DNA from: Octopus sinensis
Lineage: Eukaryota
Assembly: GCF_006345805.1 (NCBI RefSeq)
Contig: NC_043001.1
Span: 128,960,001 to 129,024,000, forward strand
Direction of reading: 5' to 3'
DNA: 64,000 nt
The notes beneath the pieces were generated by a model. The model was not told the DNA's origin. It saw nothing but the letters and a program-made list of their open reading frames with translations, and searched no databases. Positions 12,024 to 24,682 of this stretch are shown here, one piece after another. Position 1 is the stretch's first letter. Each line of letters begins with the position of its first letter. The translations under genes and the position numbers were made by a program.

Positions 12024-14129
12024 GATGATGATGATGATAATGATGATGACGATAATGATGATGATGATGATGGTGATAGTTGCTGTTGTTAGTGTGGTGG
12101 TTGGTGTTGGTTGCGATGGTGGCATTTGCTACAAATGCCTCTTGTAGTGGTGCTGATGGTAGAGCTACTGCAATTGGTGGTGTTGCTTATACAGTAGTGG
12201 TGATTGTAATAGAAGTGGTGGTTTGGGCAATGACAACTTCTCGTTGTGGTATTGTTTATTGATAGTAAAGGTCATAGTGCAGACAGTAGTAGTACCATTA
12301 GTGCCTGTATAACTGTCTCGCACTGTTGTATAGTAGCAAGTACTTGTTGTAGTACTGGAAATAGTGTTGGTAGAGTTGGTACTAGTGGTGCTTGTATGAA
12401 TGTCTCTTGCATTGGTGCTGGTGGTAGTGCTATTGTACTTGGTGTTGTAGTTGTGGTGGTAGTAGTGTTGGAGATGGTGTTGGCAGTGTTGGAGGTGGTA
12501 TTGGTAGTAGTAGAACTGGTGGTATTCATATGACTATCTCTTGCAGTGGTATTGATGGTGGTGCTTCTGACGTTGGTGTTTTGGTTGTAGTAGTGAAAGT
12601 GGTGTAGGCAGTAGTGATGTTGATTATAACAACAACTTCTTGTGGTTTTGGTAGTAGTACTACTGTCACTGGTATTATGGTAGTAGTGATGGTGGTGTTT
12701 ATATGACTGCCTCTTGCAGTGGTGTTGGTGGTAGTACTAATATAGTTGGTGTTACAGTACTAGCAGTGGTAATTGGAGTGTGGTGGTACAGGTGGTAGTA
12801 ATGGTGCAATTATTATTACTAGTAGTAGTGGTGGTATTGGCAGTAGTGTCATCTGTTCTGAGGTATGGGAGGTAGTTGTAGTGGTGTTAATAATGGTGCT
12901 GGTGTGAGTGATAGTAGTGGCGGTCTTGGTAGTTGTGTAATTGTTGTTGTTGTTGTTGTTGAGCAATTCTATGATCAGCAGTGAGTCTGGTATTGGTAGT
13001 AGTAGCAGTAGTAGTTGTTGTGGTAGTGGTGGTGGTGGTGGAATTGGTGGAATCATTGCTGCTGGCAAAGGTGTTGGTGTTGGTCGTAGTAGTAGTAGTA
13101 GTATGGGTAGTAGTATTGGAAGTGGTGTGTCATTCTTGTTGATGTGGGTGATTGTAGTATTGGTAGTGGTGGCAGAGGTGTGTTGCGACATTGTTGTTTT
13201 GTAGAGGCATCGGGGTGTGGGCGGCAGTCGTGGTATTAGTAGCCGGGGTAGTGGTGGTGGTGGCGGTGCGGTATTGTATCATTCTTGTTGGCAGCAGTGT
13301 TGGTGTCGGTGGGAGTGGCGGTGGTGGGGGATAGTCGTATTGGTTGTAGTGGTGGAGGAGGAGGATGTGGTGGTGGTGGTGGTGGTGGTGGTGGTGGTGT
13401 GGTGGTGGTGGTGGTGGTGGAGGTGTTGTGTCATTGGTGATAGAGTGTGGGTGGCTGTTTCTGCTGCAGTTTATTTGTTCTCACATTGGTTGTTGAGATG
13501 ACAGTCTTGATGATGATGATGGTGATGGCGATGGCGATGATGAAGAAGAAGATGATGGTGTTGGTGGTGATGGTTGGTAACTATGATGGTATTGGTGGTG
13601 GGGGTGGCATTTGCAATGGGAGTGACAGTCGCTGTTGGTGATGCTAGTGATGGTACTGCTGCTGCTGCTGCCAATGGTTAATAATGGTTATTGGTGGCGA
13701 TGGTGATGTTGGACATTGCAGTGTTTGCTGATAGTAAGGACAGTGCTAGTGGAAATGGTAAAAATGGTAGCTGTGTGTTGTAGGTAGTGGTGATGGGCAT
13801 CAGCGACGGTGATAGCGCTGTTCATGATAGTGGTGATGTTGATGATGATGGTGATGTTTATGATGATGATGATGATGATGTTGATGATTGTGGGGATTTG
13901 GGGTACTGGTGTTGGCAATGGTGATGATGGCCTCATTGATATTGGTGAAATTGATGATGATGATGATGATGGTACTAATGTTGGTGATGGAGGTGATGGT
14001 GATGATGGTGGTGGTGAGGGGCATTAGCGACGGTGATAGCGCTGTTCATGATAGTGGTGATGTTGATGATGATGGTGATGTTGATGATGATGATGATGTT
14101 GATGATTGTGGGGAATATTGGTGAAATTA

Positions 14130-14162
<33 letters not shown>

Positions 14163-14580
14163 GTGCTGATATTGGTGATGCTGCTGATGGTGGTGAAGCT
14201 GGGGAAGCTGATGATGGGCTTTGTGATGTTGGTAATGGTAGTGATGTTAGCACTGGTGGTGGTGGTGGTGCTGGTGCTGGTGACATTACTGATTTCAGTG
14301 ACGGTGGCGTTGGAGTTGGCCATGGTGATGATGGTAATAATGATGATGATGATGATGATGATGGAAACGGTAGCAGTATTAGAAATGATAGCAGTGTAGT
14401 TACTTGCAATGTTGGTGTTGGTGCTAGTAGTAGGGTGGTGGTGTTGGTATTGGTGATATTCATGTCTGTCCATTGCTGCAGTTGATGCAATGGCAGTTGG
14501 TGCTGCTAGTGATGTTGGTAGTAGTAGTAGTAGTGGTGGTGGTGGTGTCACTGCTGCCAACACCACCACTACCATTACTA
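9460..14580. repeat. 5-kb trinucleotide mosaic (GGT/GAT/AGT/GTT) with cryptic internal duplications
   Basis: Continuous G/T-rich triplet repeats on the plus strand. Internal duplications include 13797-13970 vs 14021-14150 and atatgact..ctcttgcagtggt at 12528 and 12701. Confidence 0.9.
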
Positions 14581-15080
14581 CTACTACTACTATCCTTGAT
14601 CAGTTTTTACTAAGGCAGGGACACATAGTAACCAACGAGACACTGGAAAGTGGGGCAGGGTGGGTGGGGGTGGGGCGAGAGGGACGGGGTGGGAGGGTGT
14701 TGGTCGGGTCGGGTAGGAAGGGATTTGAGATATGGTGGTGCAGTATGGCTAACAGATGCAGGCCGATTGCAACTGCAATCTCTTGCACACCATTACCAGT
14801 CCAACTTGAAGTTTGTAGTGGGGTGGGGGTGTTTAAAAATTCAAGAAAAAAACTAAACAGTACTACCACGACCACCACATATATACCACTACTATCACGA
14901 CCACTACTGCTGCCATCACCACCACCACCACCACCACCACCACCACCATCACCACCTCCATCACTACCGCTACCATCATTTTCTTTGTCTATTTCTTTCT
15001 CTCTATATATCTTTTACTCTCTAAGACTCTCTCATTTTCCATTTATCTTTTAGTCTACTTCTGTATCTATCTTTACCCAC

Positions 15081-15111
<31 letters not shown>

Positions 15112-15467
15112 GTTTCTCTCTATTTATCTATCTCTCTATCTCTCAATCTATTTATCTCTGCCTCTCTTATAATGTCTGAGTGTCCTTTAGCCAATCTCTC
15201 CTACAATGTCTTACTGCTAATCTATATGTCTCTCTTTCTCACGCCTTTTCTTTCTATACCACAATGTCTACCTGTCTCTCAGTCTCTTTCTATATGTCTC
15301 TTTTTCTCTTCCTATATATATATATATATATATCATGCAATCTGTTTGTCCATCTCTCTCTCTCTCTCTCTATCTCCCCAACAATCTCTCCCTCCTTCTC
15401 TCTCTCACCCTCTCTATTTCTGTCTGACAATTTTTTTGGAACTTACCTCTATCACTCAATACTTTCA

Positions 15468-15506
<39 letters not shown>

Positions 15507-17163
15507 CATACACACATATATCTCTATCTCTCCCTCCCTCTTCTTCCTTCCTTTTCTAACAAGAAGATAGAATAAGACATTTCTCTACAATTTCTCTCTC
15601 TTTCAGTCAACTATTTTCATCACTCTCAATGTCATAACATTTTCTCTCAATCAAGCCTCTCACCTACTCTTTGCTCCTTCTCACTCACACTCATCTCCCT
15701 CTTTCTCTCTCTCTCTCCCTCCCTCTATCTCTATCTATCTCTCTATCTCACACTTCCTCTCTATCATTATTCATCCTTTCTTATAGAATGGAAAAAAGAA
15801 AAGCAAAAGGCTAAGAGAAGGAAAGGGGTCATTTCTCTTTGTCACCAAAATTTTACTCTCACTCAATTTCCTACACTTTCTACCAAACACATACACAGAA
15901 TCCCTCTCCCTCATTCCTTCGCTCTCCTTCTCCTTCTCCCTCTCTTTAATAAAAGTGAAACAAAAGAGAAGAGTTGCATAGAGTGGGGAGGAGGACACAC
16001 ACACACACTTTCCTACTCCCACTATTACTCTGCCAGGTTCTCCTCCTCCTCCTTCTCATCCTTGCCTGTCCCAGACCACTCTCCTTGATTGCCTCTCTAT
16101 GTCTTTTTCTAATTTTTACGACTTTACCACATTGCAGCCATCATCAGTCACCAACCGCTAACAAATTTACTAACTCGGTATTGATTTCTTACACAACACA
16201 ACAACGATGACACAGTAGAAATTATCAAGGAAGACAGAAATAAAATGATGTTGTGACGTTCATTCCATACCAATTCACATTTGGCTTTTATTTTGGTTAG
16301 TTTAGAAACAAACAGAATGGGTTTATGTATATATGTATGTATGTATGAAGAGATGATTTGCTACATGGTTAGTTGCATGGTCAATTGGTGGATTTGGGGT
16401 AGAATGTTAGTTGCATGTATTTATTATTATTATTATTATTTTTGTGGGCTGCTGGTTGACTGTATGGTTGGTCGGTCGGTCGGTTGGTTGGTTGGTTGGT
16501 TCTTGGTTGGTTGGTTGGCTGGTACATTGCATGCTTGAATGATTGGCTGGGAGGATGGTTCGTTGGTTGCAGAAAGGTGGGTTCTGGTTCGTTTGGTGGT
16601 TTCTGACATTTCTTTGCTTCCATCTCATCTCCTTTGACTATGTCAGGTATGCTTACCCCCTCTTCTATAGGCTCTCCCTTTCTGTTTCTTTGTCAATCTA
16701 TCTGTCTTGACCCTTTCTCTCTCTCTCTCTCTCTCTCTTACTCTGCCTCCTAACACCCCTGTCTGTCTGTTTGTCTCTCTCTTTTTCTTTCAGTCTTTAT
16801 TGCACTATTTTGCAGCTCTGTCTGCCTGCCATATTTTTTCTAAAATAAATTTTCCTGTGGCGTCCATGTCATCCGTCTCTCAAACCACAAAACATGCCAA
16901 CAGACTTTAGAGATGATGATGATGTTAGTCGTAGTAGCAGTGGTGATGATGAAAGAGGATAAAAACTGAAAGCTAGGAAAGAAGATTGAACTCAAAAAAG
17001 AGAAAGAAAAAATAGATGCTTGTGTTTCAGTACAAATACTAATATATGCAAGTTCTTCAAGAGGTGAGGGGTGTATATCTAAAATAAGATAAAAAAAGAT
17101 GTATGCAAATGCATGCTAGTGTGTGAACACATACATACATGCAAATTCATATATATATATATA

Positions 17164-17871
<708 letters not shown>

Positions 17872-18702
17872 ATATATATATATAAAACTAAGTTATTTTA
17901 TTCCACACTGGTAAAGATATAGGAAAAATAGAAGTTGAAAATGCACTGAGAATAATTAAAACATTTTTTATTATTAATATATTTAAAGCTTTAACTAGTT
18001 TCACAGTTTACACTGATTTTCAAAAAGTTCAAATAGAAAAACGTGGCTTATGTCGCAGCTGTCTTCTGACCAGTGTTTGAAGCTTGCCCTGTTTTTATAG
18101 GGAGTTCATGGCTCAAATTAGTATATGCTTTGAATAGGATTTGATTGATTGGTAGAGGATAGTCACATGACTGGTCTAAGAAATTTTGTAGGTTCCCAAG
18201 GCTGACATAGTTGACTGAACATGTCCAAACAATCACTGCTCTGAATGTTTTCTGTCAAGTGTTTGCAGAGAATGAACACATACTTAAGTTTATAACCTTT
18301 TGTACATTTCCTGCTACATTCGTGCTTCGTTAGTGTCACATGACAGTTTATTTTGTGCCTAAAAAGAAGACCGACACAGTTGAGTGAATATGATTAGTTA
18401 TAATCAAGGTACTCCAAATTTAATCTATCCGGTAGGGGAGAGTGGACAGGAGTCGTTTGTATTTAGTCCAGTAGCTAAAGTTTAGGTTGTTAGCTGTGTA
18501 ACTCCCTCATGATAAGTGGCAGAATGAATTTTTTGTGTGAAATATATGTGTATACATGAATGCATAATTTATATATCTATATACATACATATGTACATCT
18601 GTCCATATCCATCCATCCATCCATCCATCCATACATACATACATGCATACATAGATACAATTATCTCTATTTTTTTATTAAATAAAAGAAACTATTTTAC
18701 TG

Positions 18703-18810
18703 GTTAACCTTCCTTTCATATTGCTGCACCCTTTATGTGTCCATAGCTTACACTGGGTACATCATATGGAGTTTCTACCCATGCCTTTTCTACAAACTGA
18801 GCATCTACCT
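18703..18810 (-). mobile_element. RTE-clade LINE fragment (Cys/His motif region)
   Basis: Minus-strand translation GRCSVCRKGMGRNSI*CTQCKLWTHKGCSNMKGRLT; same family as 21765-22075. Confidence 0.75.
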
Positions 18811-19180
18811 AAAGGTGTTTGCAATTTGACAGCCTTCCTACTTCTATATATATATATATATATATATATGAGTGGACAAACGAAAGAAGGGCACTCAACC
18901 AATTTATTGGTTACATATATGGATCAAAACAATTTGATTCAAATTCATTGGTACTCTTGAGTTTCAAGCATGATGCTAGTCATCAGACATTTTGAATTTG
19001 AATGGCAGAAATTGATTATTACCATAGGGTAGGCTGCAATTGGTCGAGGAAGGTCATGCAGTGTTGTGGTTTGATGTTGATATATGGGTAACAGTTAGTT
19101 GGAAAATACTCTTGAATTTGATGGACATATAGCTGTATGTATGACAACTCAAAAAATTTCAAGTGAGACTTTTTATTGAT

Positions 19181-19222
19181 GTACCTGAAGAGATCCAGTA
19201 TGGGTTGAAACATGCGTTGTAT
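19181..19222 (+). ncRNA. Minimal type I hammerhead-ribozyme-like motif (Penelope-type)
   Basis: GTAC-CTGAAGA-GATCCA(GTA)TGGGTT-GAAA-C(ATGC)GT-T/GTAT. Intact core, 6-bp helix II with wobbles, 2-bp helix III, GUU triplet, 4-bp helix I. AATAAA follows immediately (19225-19230). Confidence 0.6.
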
Positions 19223-19400
19223 CCAATAAAGCCCATTACACGTTCAATCTCCTATTTTATTAATACTGTTACTCCAACAGACACTATGAAGTTCCTGCAG
19301 TAAATCTACTGATTACAACAAGTAATCGAAACTGTGCCGGTGCTTTACCCATCATCCATTTATACATTATATATATATATATATATAATATATAAGTATG

Positions 19401-19441
<41 letters not shown>

Positions 19442-19629
19442 CCATACTGGGGAACCATCTTGAAAGGTTTTAGTCAAGCAAATGAACTCCTGTAGTTTTT
19501 GGTTTTGGGATGGGAACTAGACAATTGCATTGGCTGCAGTGCACAGCTGGTACCTATTTCATTAACCCTGAAAGGATGAAAGGCAAAGGCAACCATGGCA
19601 TAATAATAATAATAAGGATAATAATAATG

Positions 19630-19690
<61 letters not shown>

Positions 19691-19698
19691 TAATAATA

Positions 19699-20062
19699 AT
19701 GTGGAAAATGTGGAACCTGAAGACTAAAACAATACCTGTTGTCATAGGTGCCCTGGGAATGATAGCAAAAGGGGGCTGATAGCTACCTAACTCAGATACC
19801 AGGAAACCCCAAAATGGCAGAAATTCAAAAGATAGTGCTCATGGGAACTGCTCATATTCTGTGCAAAATACTTTCTATGTAATCTCAAGGTTTAAAACAA
19901 ACACATTTTTTTTTTTAGACATCCACTAGTACAACACAGAAAACAACCAAATATATGGCACACTAGGCATAACAACAACGTGAACTTCAACCTGTTGTCT
20001 CTTGAGGTCTCTGGGTGAGACTTGGAGCCAACTTGTACAAATATAAAGCAAAAGTCAAACAT
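19699..20062 (+). mobile_element. R4/Dong-like RLE non-LTR retrotransposon 3' end, family 1
   Basis: MWKMWNLKTKTIPVVIGALGMIAKG / ADSYLTQIPGNPKMAEIQKIVLMGTAHILCKILSM* (one frameshift, stop 19880-19882), then 3' UTR and (AAT)n. Preceded by (AAT)n at 19601-19698. Confidence 0.85.
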
Positions 20063-20082
20063 ATAATAATAATAATCATAAT

Positions 20083-20345
20083 ATCTCGGCGAAAGAGTTT
20101 GACAAGCTCAGAAAATATAAAGAGCTGCTCATAGAAATTGAGAAAATGTGACATCTCAAGGCGGTTACAATACCAGTGATTGTAGGTGCACTAGGAATGA
20201 TCAAGAAGGGAACCGAAAATTATATGAGAATGATCCCTGGCTTACCATCCCTGCAAGAAGTGCAAAAGATTGTCTAGGAGTCAGGAAGACACTCGGCAAG
20301 AAATGGAAGCAAATTTGAAAGAAGAAGAAAAAAAAAAATAATAAT
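20083..20345 (+). mobile_element. R4/Dong-like RLE non-LTR retrotransposon 3' end, family 2
   Basis: ISAKEFDKLRKYKELLIEIEKM*HLKAVTIPVIVGALGMIKKGTENYMRMIPGLPSLQEVQKIV, then a short remnant UTR and an A/(AAT) tail. Confidence 0.85.
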
Positions 20346-20722
20346 AAAGATAATAGATGTTGCAATACTAAGCAATTTGAGGATAAAATGTAAGGAAACA
20401 GAAAAGATTGAGAAATACCAGCCACTGCGGCATGAGACAGGAAAGTTATAGGGCATGAGGAAAGCAGTGGTGATACTGGTGGTAACTGGAGCATTAGGAG
20501 CAGTTTCGAAGGACTTTGAAAAACATATTAAGAATATTGGAGTTGCTGTCAGGCTTGGGGTGGTCCAGAAGACAGCATTGTTGGAAACAGCTCGCATTCG
20601 AAGAGAGTGTTGTCTTTTTGAGTCACAGGAGAAGGCACTACTTGAAGCCTTTGGTGGTTTGTTGTTGCCCGCTTTCAAGTAAAGAATAACTAGTAATCAA
20701 GAACTATCCGAGAGTCTTTCAG
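20346..20722 (+). mobile_element. R4/Dong-like RLE non-LTR retrotransposon 3' end, family 3
   Basis: IKIIDVAILSNLRIKCKETEKIEKYQPLRHETGKL*GMRKAVVILVVTGALGAVSKDFEKHIKNIG...VQKTALLETARI contains the IIDV...KE..K..KY portion of the restriction-like endonuclease. Followed by ~300 bp of (AAT)n. Confidence 0.85.
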
Positions 20723-20735
20723 AATAATAATAATA

Positions 20736-20780
<45 letters not shown>

Positions 20781-20828
20781 TGATGATGATGATTGATGAT
20801 GATGATGATAATAATAAAAATAATAATA

Positions 20829-20863
<35 letters not shown>

Positions 20864-20930
20864 TAATAATAATGATAAAAAATAATAATATTAATAATAA
20901 TAATAATAATAATAATAATGATGATGATAA

Positions 20931-20962
<32 letters not shown>

Positions 20963-20967
20963 ATAAC

Positions 20968-21017
<50 letters not shown>

Positions 21018-21019
21018 CA
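20723..21019. repeat. (AAT)n microsatellite, ~300 bp
   Basis: Directly visible. Confidence 0.95.
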
Positions 21020-21427
21020 ACTAGAAAAGCACTCGAAAAGTGCAGGCCTTTGCCAAGCAGCTCATTTTAAGATAGATATGCAAGTAAAATTACTAATAGA
21101 GAAGCGAAAATAAACTTTGGAAACAGCAACACCACCATAGGTTCTGTGGAAACGATGAACGTGTTTTCAAGGGAGATAATCAAAGAACGTAACATTGTAA
21201 TACTTCATGTAAAGTAAATATAACATAGGAAAAAATCCTTGAAGCATCCATAAAAATTCCTAGATCACTACCAAAATTTCATCATCTGTTTCTTGTGTCA
21301 TTACCAACTTTTTCTGCAAGTTTCATCAAATATTGTTTACAAATTTTTGAGTTGTTTTGCACACAGACGGACAGACAGACAAACCAGTGCTGAAGAAAAC
21401 ATAACCTCCTTCTTTGGCGGAGGTAAT
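21020..21427 (+). mobile_element. Non-autonomous Helentron (HINE)
   Basis: Starts ACTAGAAAAGCACTC. Subterminal inverted repeat cctttgccaag (21047-21057) / tttggcggagg (21413-21423), terminal hairpin acctcc...ggaggt (21404-21424), internal (CAGA)n and aagtttcatcaaa motif. Confidence 0.7.
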
Positions 21428-21650
21428 AATAATCCTTTCTACTAAAGGTAGAAGGCCTGAAATTTGGGGAAGGGGAGTAGTCATTTACATCAACCCCAGT
21501 TTTTCACTGGTACTTAGTTTATCGAGCCCAAAAAGATTAAAAGGTAAAGTCAACCCCAGCAGAATTTGAACTCAGAACATAAGAATGGACAAAATGTTGC
21601 TAAGCATTTTGCCTGGCATGCTAACAATTCTGCCAACTTGCCACCTAACA
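21428..21650 (-). mobile_element. Diverged family A-related SINE
   Basis: Reverse complement shows GGCAAGTTGGCAGAATTGTTAG head, GAGTTCAAATTC B box and the central block. Confidence 0.65.
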
Positions 21651-21764
21651 ACAACAACAACAACAATAATAAGCAACAACAGCAGCAATTTGCCATCAGT
21701 CTGCCCTCGGTGATGATCCAATAGTACAAATATTTGCTCTATCAGACATTTTGAACTTATTCTG

Positions 21765-22075
21765 AATTCCATATGGTGTAACCAGTACAAGCTATGGACA
21801 CACAAAAGGAGCAGTGAGTCACAGGAGGGTTAATGGAGAAAGTAGTCTTTGTATGTGGAAGATGCACAGCTACCATAAAGTCCAAGCATAGACATTCTCT
21901 GAAATACCTTGGAGGCTCCCTAGAGGTAGTAGATAGTTCCTGCTACCTAGGCGACCTAATTAGCAGTGGAGAATGATGTTCTGAAAATGTAGCATGAGAA
22001 ATAGGATGGAGAAAGTTCAGAGAGCTTTTACCTCTGTTGGCAACAAAAGGTCTCTCTCTCTGAGTGGAAGGCATA
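21765..22075 (+). mobile_element. RTE-clade LINE fragment, degraded
   Basis: IWCNQYKLWTHKRSS...FVCGRC...LEVVDSSCYLGDLISSG...IGWRKFRELLPLLATKGLSL, with stops and frameshifts. The LEVVD.F.YLG and W.KFRELLP motifs are typical of RTE post-RT regions. Confidence 0.85.
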
Positions 22076-22264
22076 TGGCATGCCAGCATGGGAAACAGAT
22101 GCTAAGTAATGATGATATATATATATGAGTTCCTTTCGATCATTGGGACCTCACGGAGTCAAAGTGGCTGAGTTCATTTCGAGTGTTGGGCCTCAAAGAG
22201 GCAAGGACCAAGACCTTTCGCATTATGTCATGCTTGAGAAGAAGACCCATCAAGCTGGGCAAAA

Positions 22265-22552
22265 TTGCAGTTGTGTCAGATACCAGTGTCATGCAAATTG
22301 GCACCTGAGCTGTTGGCATGTAAATACATCCTGGTGTCATGCAAATGGCACCTGCACCAGTGGCATATAAAAGTACCCATTATACTTTTGGAGTGGTTGG
22401 CGTTAGGAAGGGCATCCAACCAGAAAAAAAACCATGCCAAATGAGACTGGAGTCTGTTGCAGCCTTCCAGTGTCCCAGCCCAGTCAAACCATCCAACCCA
22501 TGCCAGCATGGACAACGGACCCTAAATTACGATGATGATGATGATAATGATG
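22265..22552 (+). mobile_element. SINE family C with (GAT)n tail
   Basis: ggagtggttggcgttaggaagggcatcca...aaaccatccaacccatgccagcatgga...(GAT)n, shared with 60060-60342. Confidence 0.8.
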
Positions 22553-22690
22553 ATATATACAGTATCTCACAGAAGTATGTACACCCCTAAAAATTTTCAA
22601 TAAAATTGCATTACTCTAATAATATTGAAGGAAATCAAACGAAATTTATAGTGAATAAAATATATTTTACATGCAAACATTATACAAATT

Positions 22691-22899
22691 ACGGAGATGT
22701 ACTTGCATAGCAAGTGATTTGATCTGAGATCGTGTGCTGAAACAAAAACAATTGCAGCGTGGAAGGTGTTTGTAAGCCATTTTAGAAACACACAAAAGCG
22801 ATGAAAATATTTTGACAAATTAAACTTAAATGTTGAAGTGAATCGAATGGCTTTTGTGTGTTTCTTAAATGGCTTACAAACACCTTCCACGCTGCAATT
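22691..22899. mobile_element. 209-bp insertion with 9-bp TSD and terminal 150-bp hairpin
   Basis: ATACAAATT at 22682-22690 and 22900-22908; absent from the intact right TIR. Inverted arms 22750-22799 / 22850-22899 (1 mismatch in 50). Confidence 0.8.
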
Positions 22900-22996
22900 A
22901 TACAAATTGGAAATACAAAACCAAAAGATATGATATGAAATATTAGTTTTCAAATGATACAAAAATATGCACCCACTAAAGGATTATTTGCTATAT

Positions 22997-24259
22997 TCAA
23001 TATTTGGTGTGACCATCCTTACTTTCAATGACTGCATTAGGTTTTGTGGGCATAGAGTCAACTAAATTTCTGCATATGATCGATGAAATTGACCTCCATT
23101 TTCCCTGAATGATGTCTTTCAACTGTGTTACATTGCAGGGTTTCTTCTCCTCAACCCTCCTTTTCAAAACACCCCACAGATGTTCTATTGGGTTTCAATC
23201 AGGTGACATGGTAGGTCAAGGCAATACCTTTACCTTTTTTATTTGATAAAAACCTAGTCGTCATCATGGAAGTGTGTTTAGAGTCATCATCATGTTGGGA
23301 CATGGAATGTCTTCCTAGTTCCTTGATGCTTTCAAACACTGTTTTCTGCAATATGCCAAAATAAAGCCATGAATCCATTGTTCTTCCAATAAATGGGAGT
23401 CCTCCTAAACCAACCACACTCATGCATCCCCAAAGCATAACACTTCTGCTGCCGTGTTTCACAGTAGGCATGGTGCATTTGTTGTTATTATCTTCACCTG
23501 GTCATTGCCATACTTGTTTAATACCTATTTCTTTATTACCCACAAGGGACTAAACACAGAGGGGACAAACAAGGACAGACATAGGTATTAAGTCGATCAC
23601 ATCGACCCCAGTGTGTAACTGGTACTTAATTTATCGACCCCGAAAGGATGAAAGGCAAAGTCGACCTCGGCGGAATTTGAACTCACAATGTAACACAGAC
23701 GAAATACCGCTAAGCATTTCGCCTGGCATGCTAACGCTTCTGCCAGCTCGCTGCCTTGAATACCATCTGACCCAAACAAGTTGATTTTAGTCTCGCCGGA
23801 AAAAAGAAATTTATTTAAAAACTCCTTCCCTTCACTCACATAGGTTTCGGCAAAAGAAAGATAGCTTGATTTATTCCTGATAATGAGGAGAGGCTTTCTA
23901 CAAGGAATTCATCCATGAAGACCACACTGGTTCAAACTTGGGCTAACTGTTTGGGTAGATACCTTTTTTCCACTAACAGAAGACACTTCTTGGGCCAAAG
24001 ATGAAGCTGTATGATACCTGTTGTCCATCAATCAATGTTGGATGTGGCAAAAAATACATTCAGTTAAAATTGAAGAATGACCTGGACGATGTCTATTGCT
24101 TAGCCGTCCAGTAGCTTTGTACTTCTGAATTACTTTGGCAACTGTGTTTACACTAATATGTATTCATTTGCAAATTAACTTGTATCCTAGACCATTCTTG
24201 TGCAAATTAAAAATAATTTTCCTCAAATCTTCAGACAATTCTTTTCCTCTTGGTGCCAT
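22997..24259 (-). pseudogene. Tc1 DDE transposase pseudogene
   Basis: MAPRGKELSEDLRKIIFNLHKNGLGYK (ATG at 24259), GETKINLFGSDG, TVKHGSRSVMLWGCM, QHDDDSKH, SPD*NPIE, ...GHTKY* (stop 22997-22999). Many stops and frameshifts and a SINE insertion. Confidence 0.92.
23527..23757 (-). mobile_element. SINE family A inserted in the Tc1 transposase
   Basis: Full head (A box TGGCAGAAGCGTTAG, B box GAGTTCAAATTCC) to aaagaaat tail. Splits the transposase between SDGI and KQVW; possible GGTATT duplication. Confidence 0.92.
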
Positions 24260-24648
24260 TTTAATCACAATGAAGAAGATTTTCCCCACAGAACACAAAT
24301 CAGAATTCCTGCAGATGCAATAACAATGACCGGTGCAAAAATGCCAGGAGAAATAATTTATTAGAATTGAAATTATCAGCAATATCTGAATTTAGTAAAA
24401 AAAGTGTATAAAATATTGAATATAGCAAGTTTCCTTTAGGATGTACATATTTTTGTAACATCTGAAAATAAATATTTCGTTCATATCTTTGAAAATGTTT
24501 ATTGTTTTGTGTTTCAAATTTATATAATGTTTGCATGTGTAATATATTTTATTCAGTATGAATTTTGTTTGATTTCCTTTGATATTATCAGAGTAATGGC
24601 AATTTTGTTGAAATGTTTTAGGGGTGTACATATTTCTGTGAAACACTG

Positions 24649-24682
<34 letters not shown>

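Larger units (their letters stand above)
22560..24648 (-). mobile_element. Decayed Tc1-like DNA transposon, IR/DR type, both ends present
   Basis: TA-CAGT...ACTG-TA termini. About 235-bp TIRs (right 24411-24648; left 22560-23005 including an insertion), each with an inner repeat of the terminal motif (aaaaatatgYacMYcYctaaagg). Encloses a transposase pseudogene. Confidence 0.93.

Noticed and set aside
8139-14575. Long ORFs (130-260 aa) rich in Thr, Val, Met, Gly or Ser
   Set aside because: They are translations of trinucleotide repeats that lack stops in several frames and on both strands; no splice or domain evidence.
16110-16150. Short similarity to the 41348 hammerhead (ttaccaca.ttgc..cca..tcatcag)
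   Set aside because: About 35 bp with gaps, and no GAAA, helix III or helix I; cannot be distinguished from chance.
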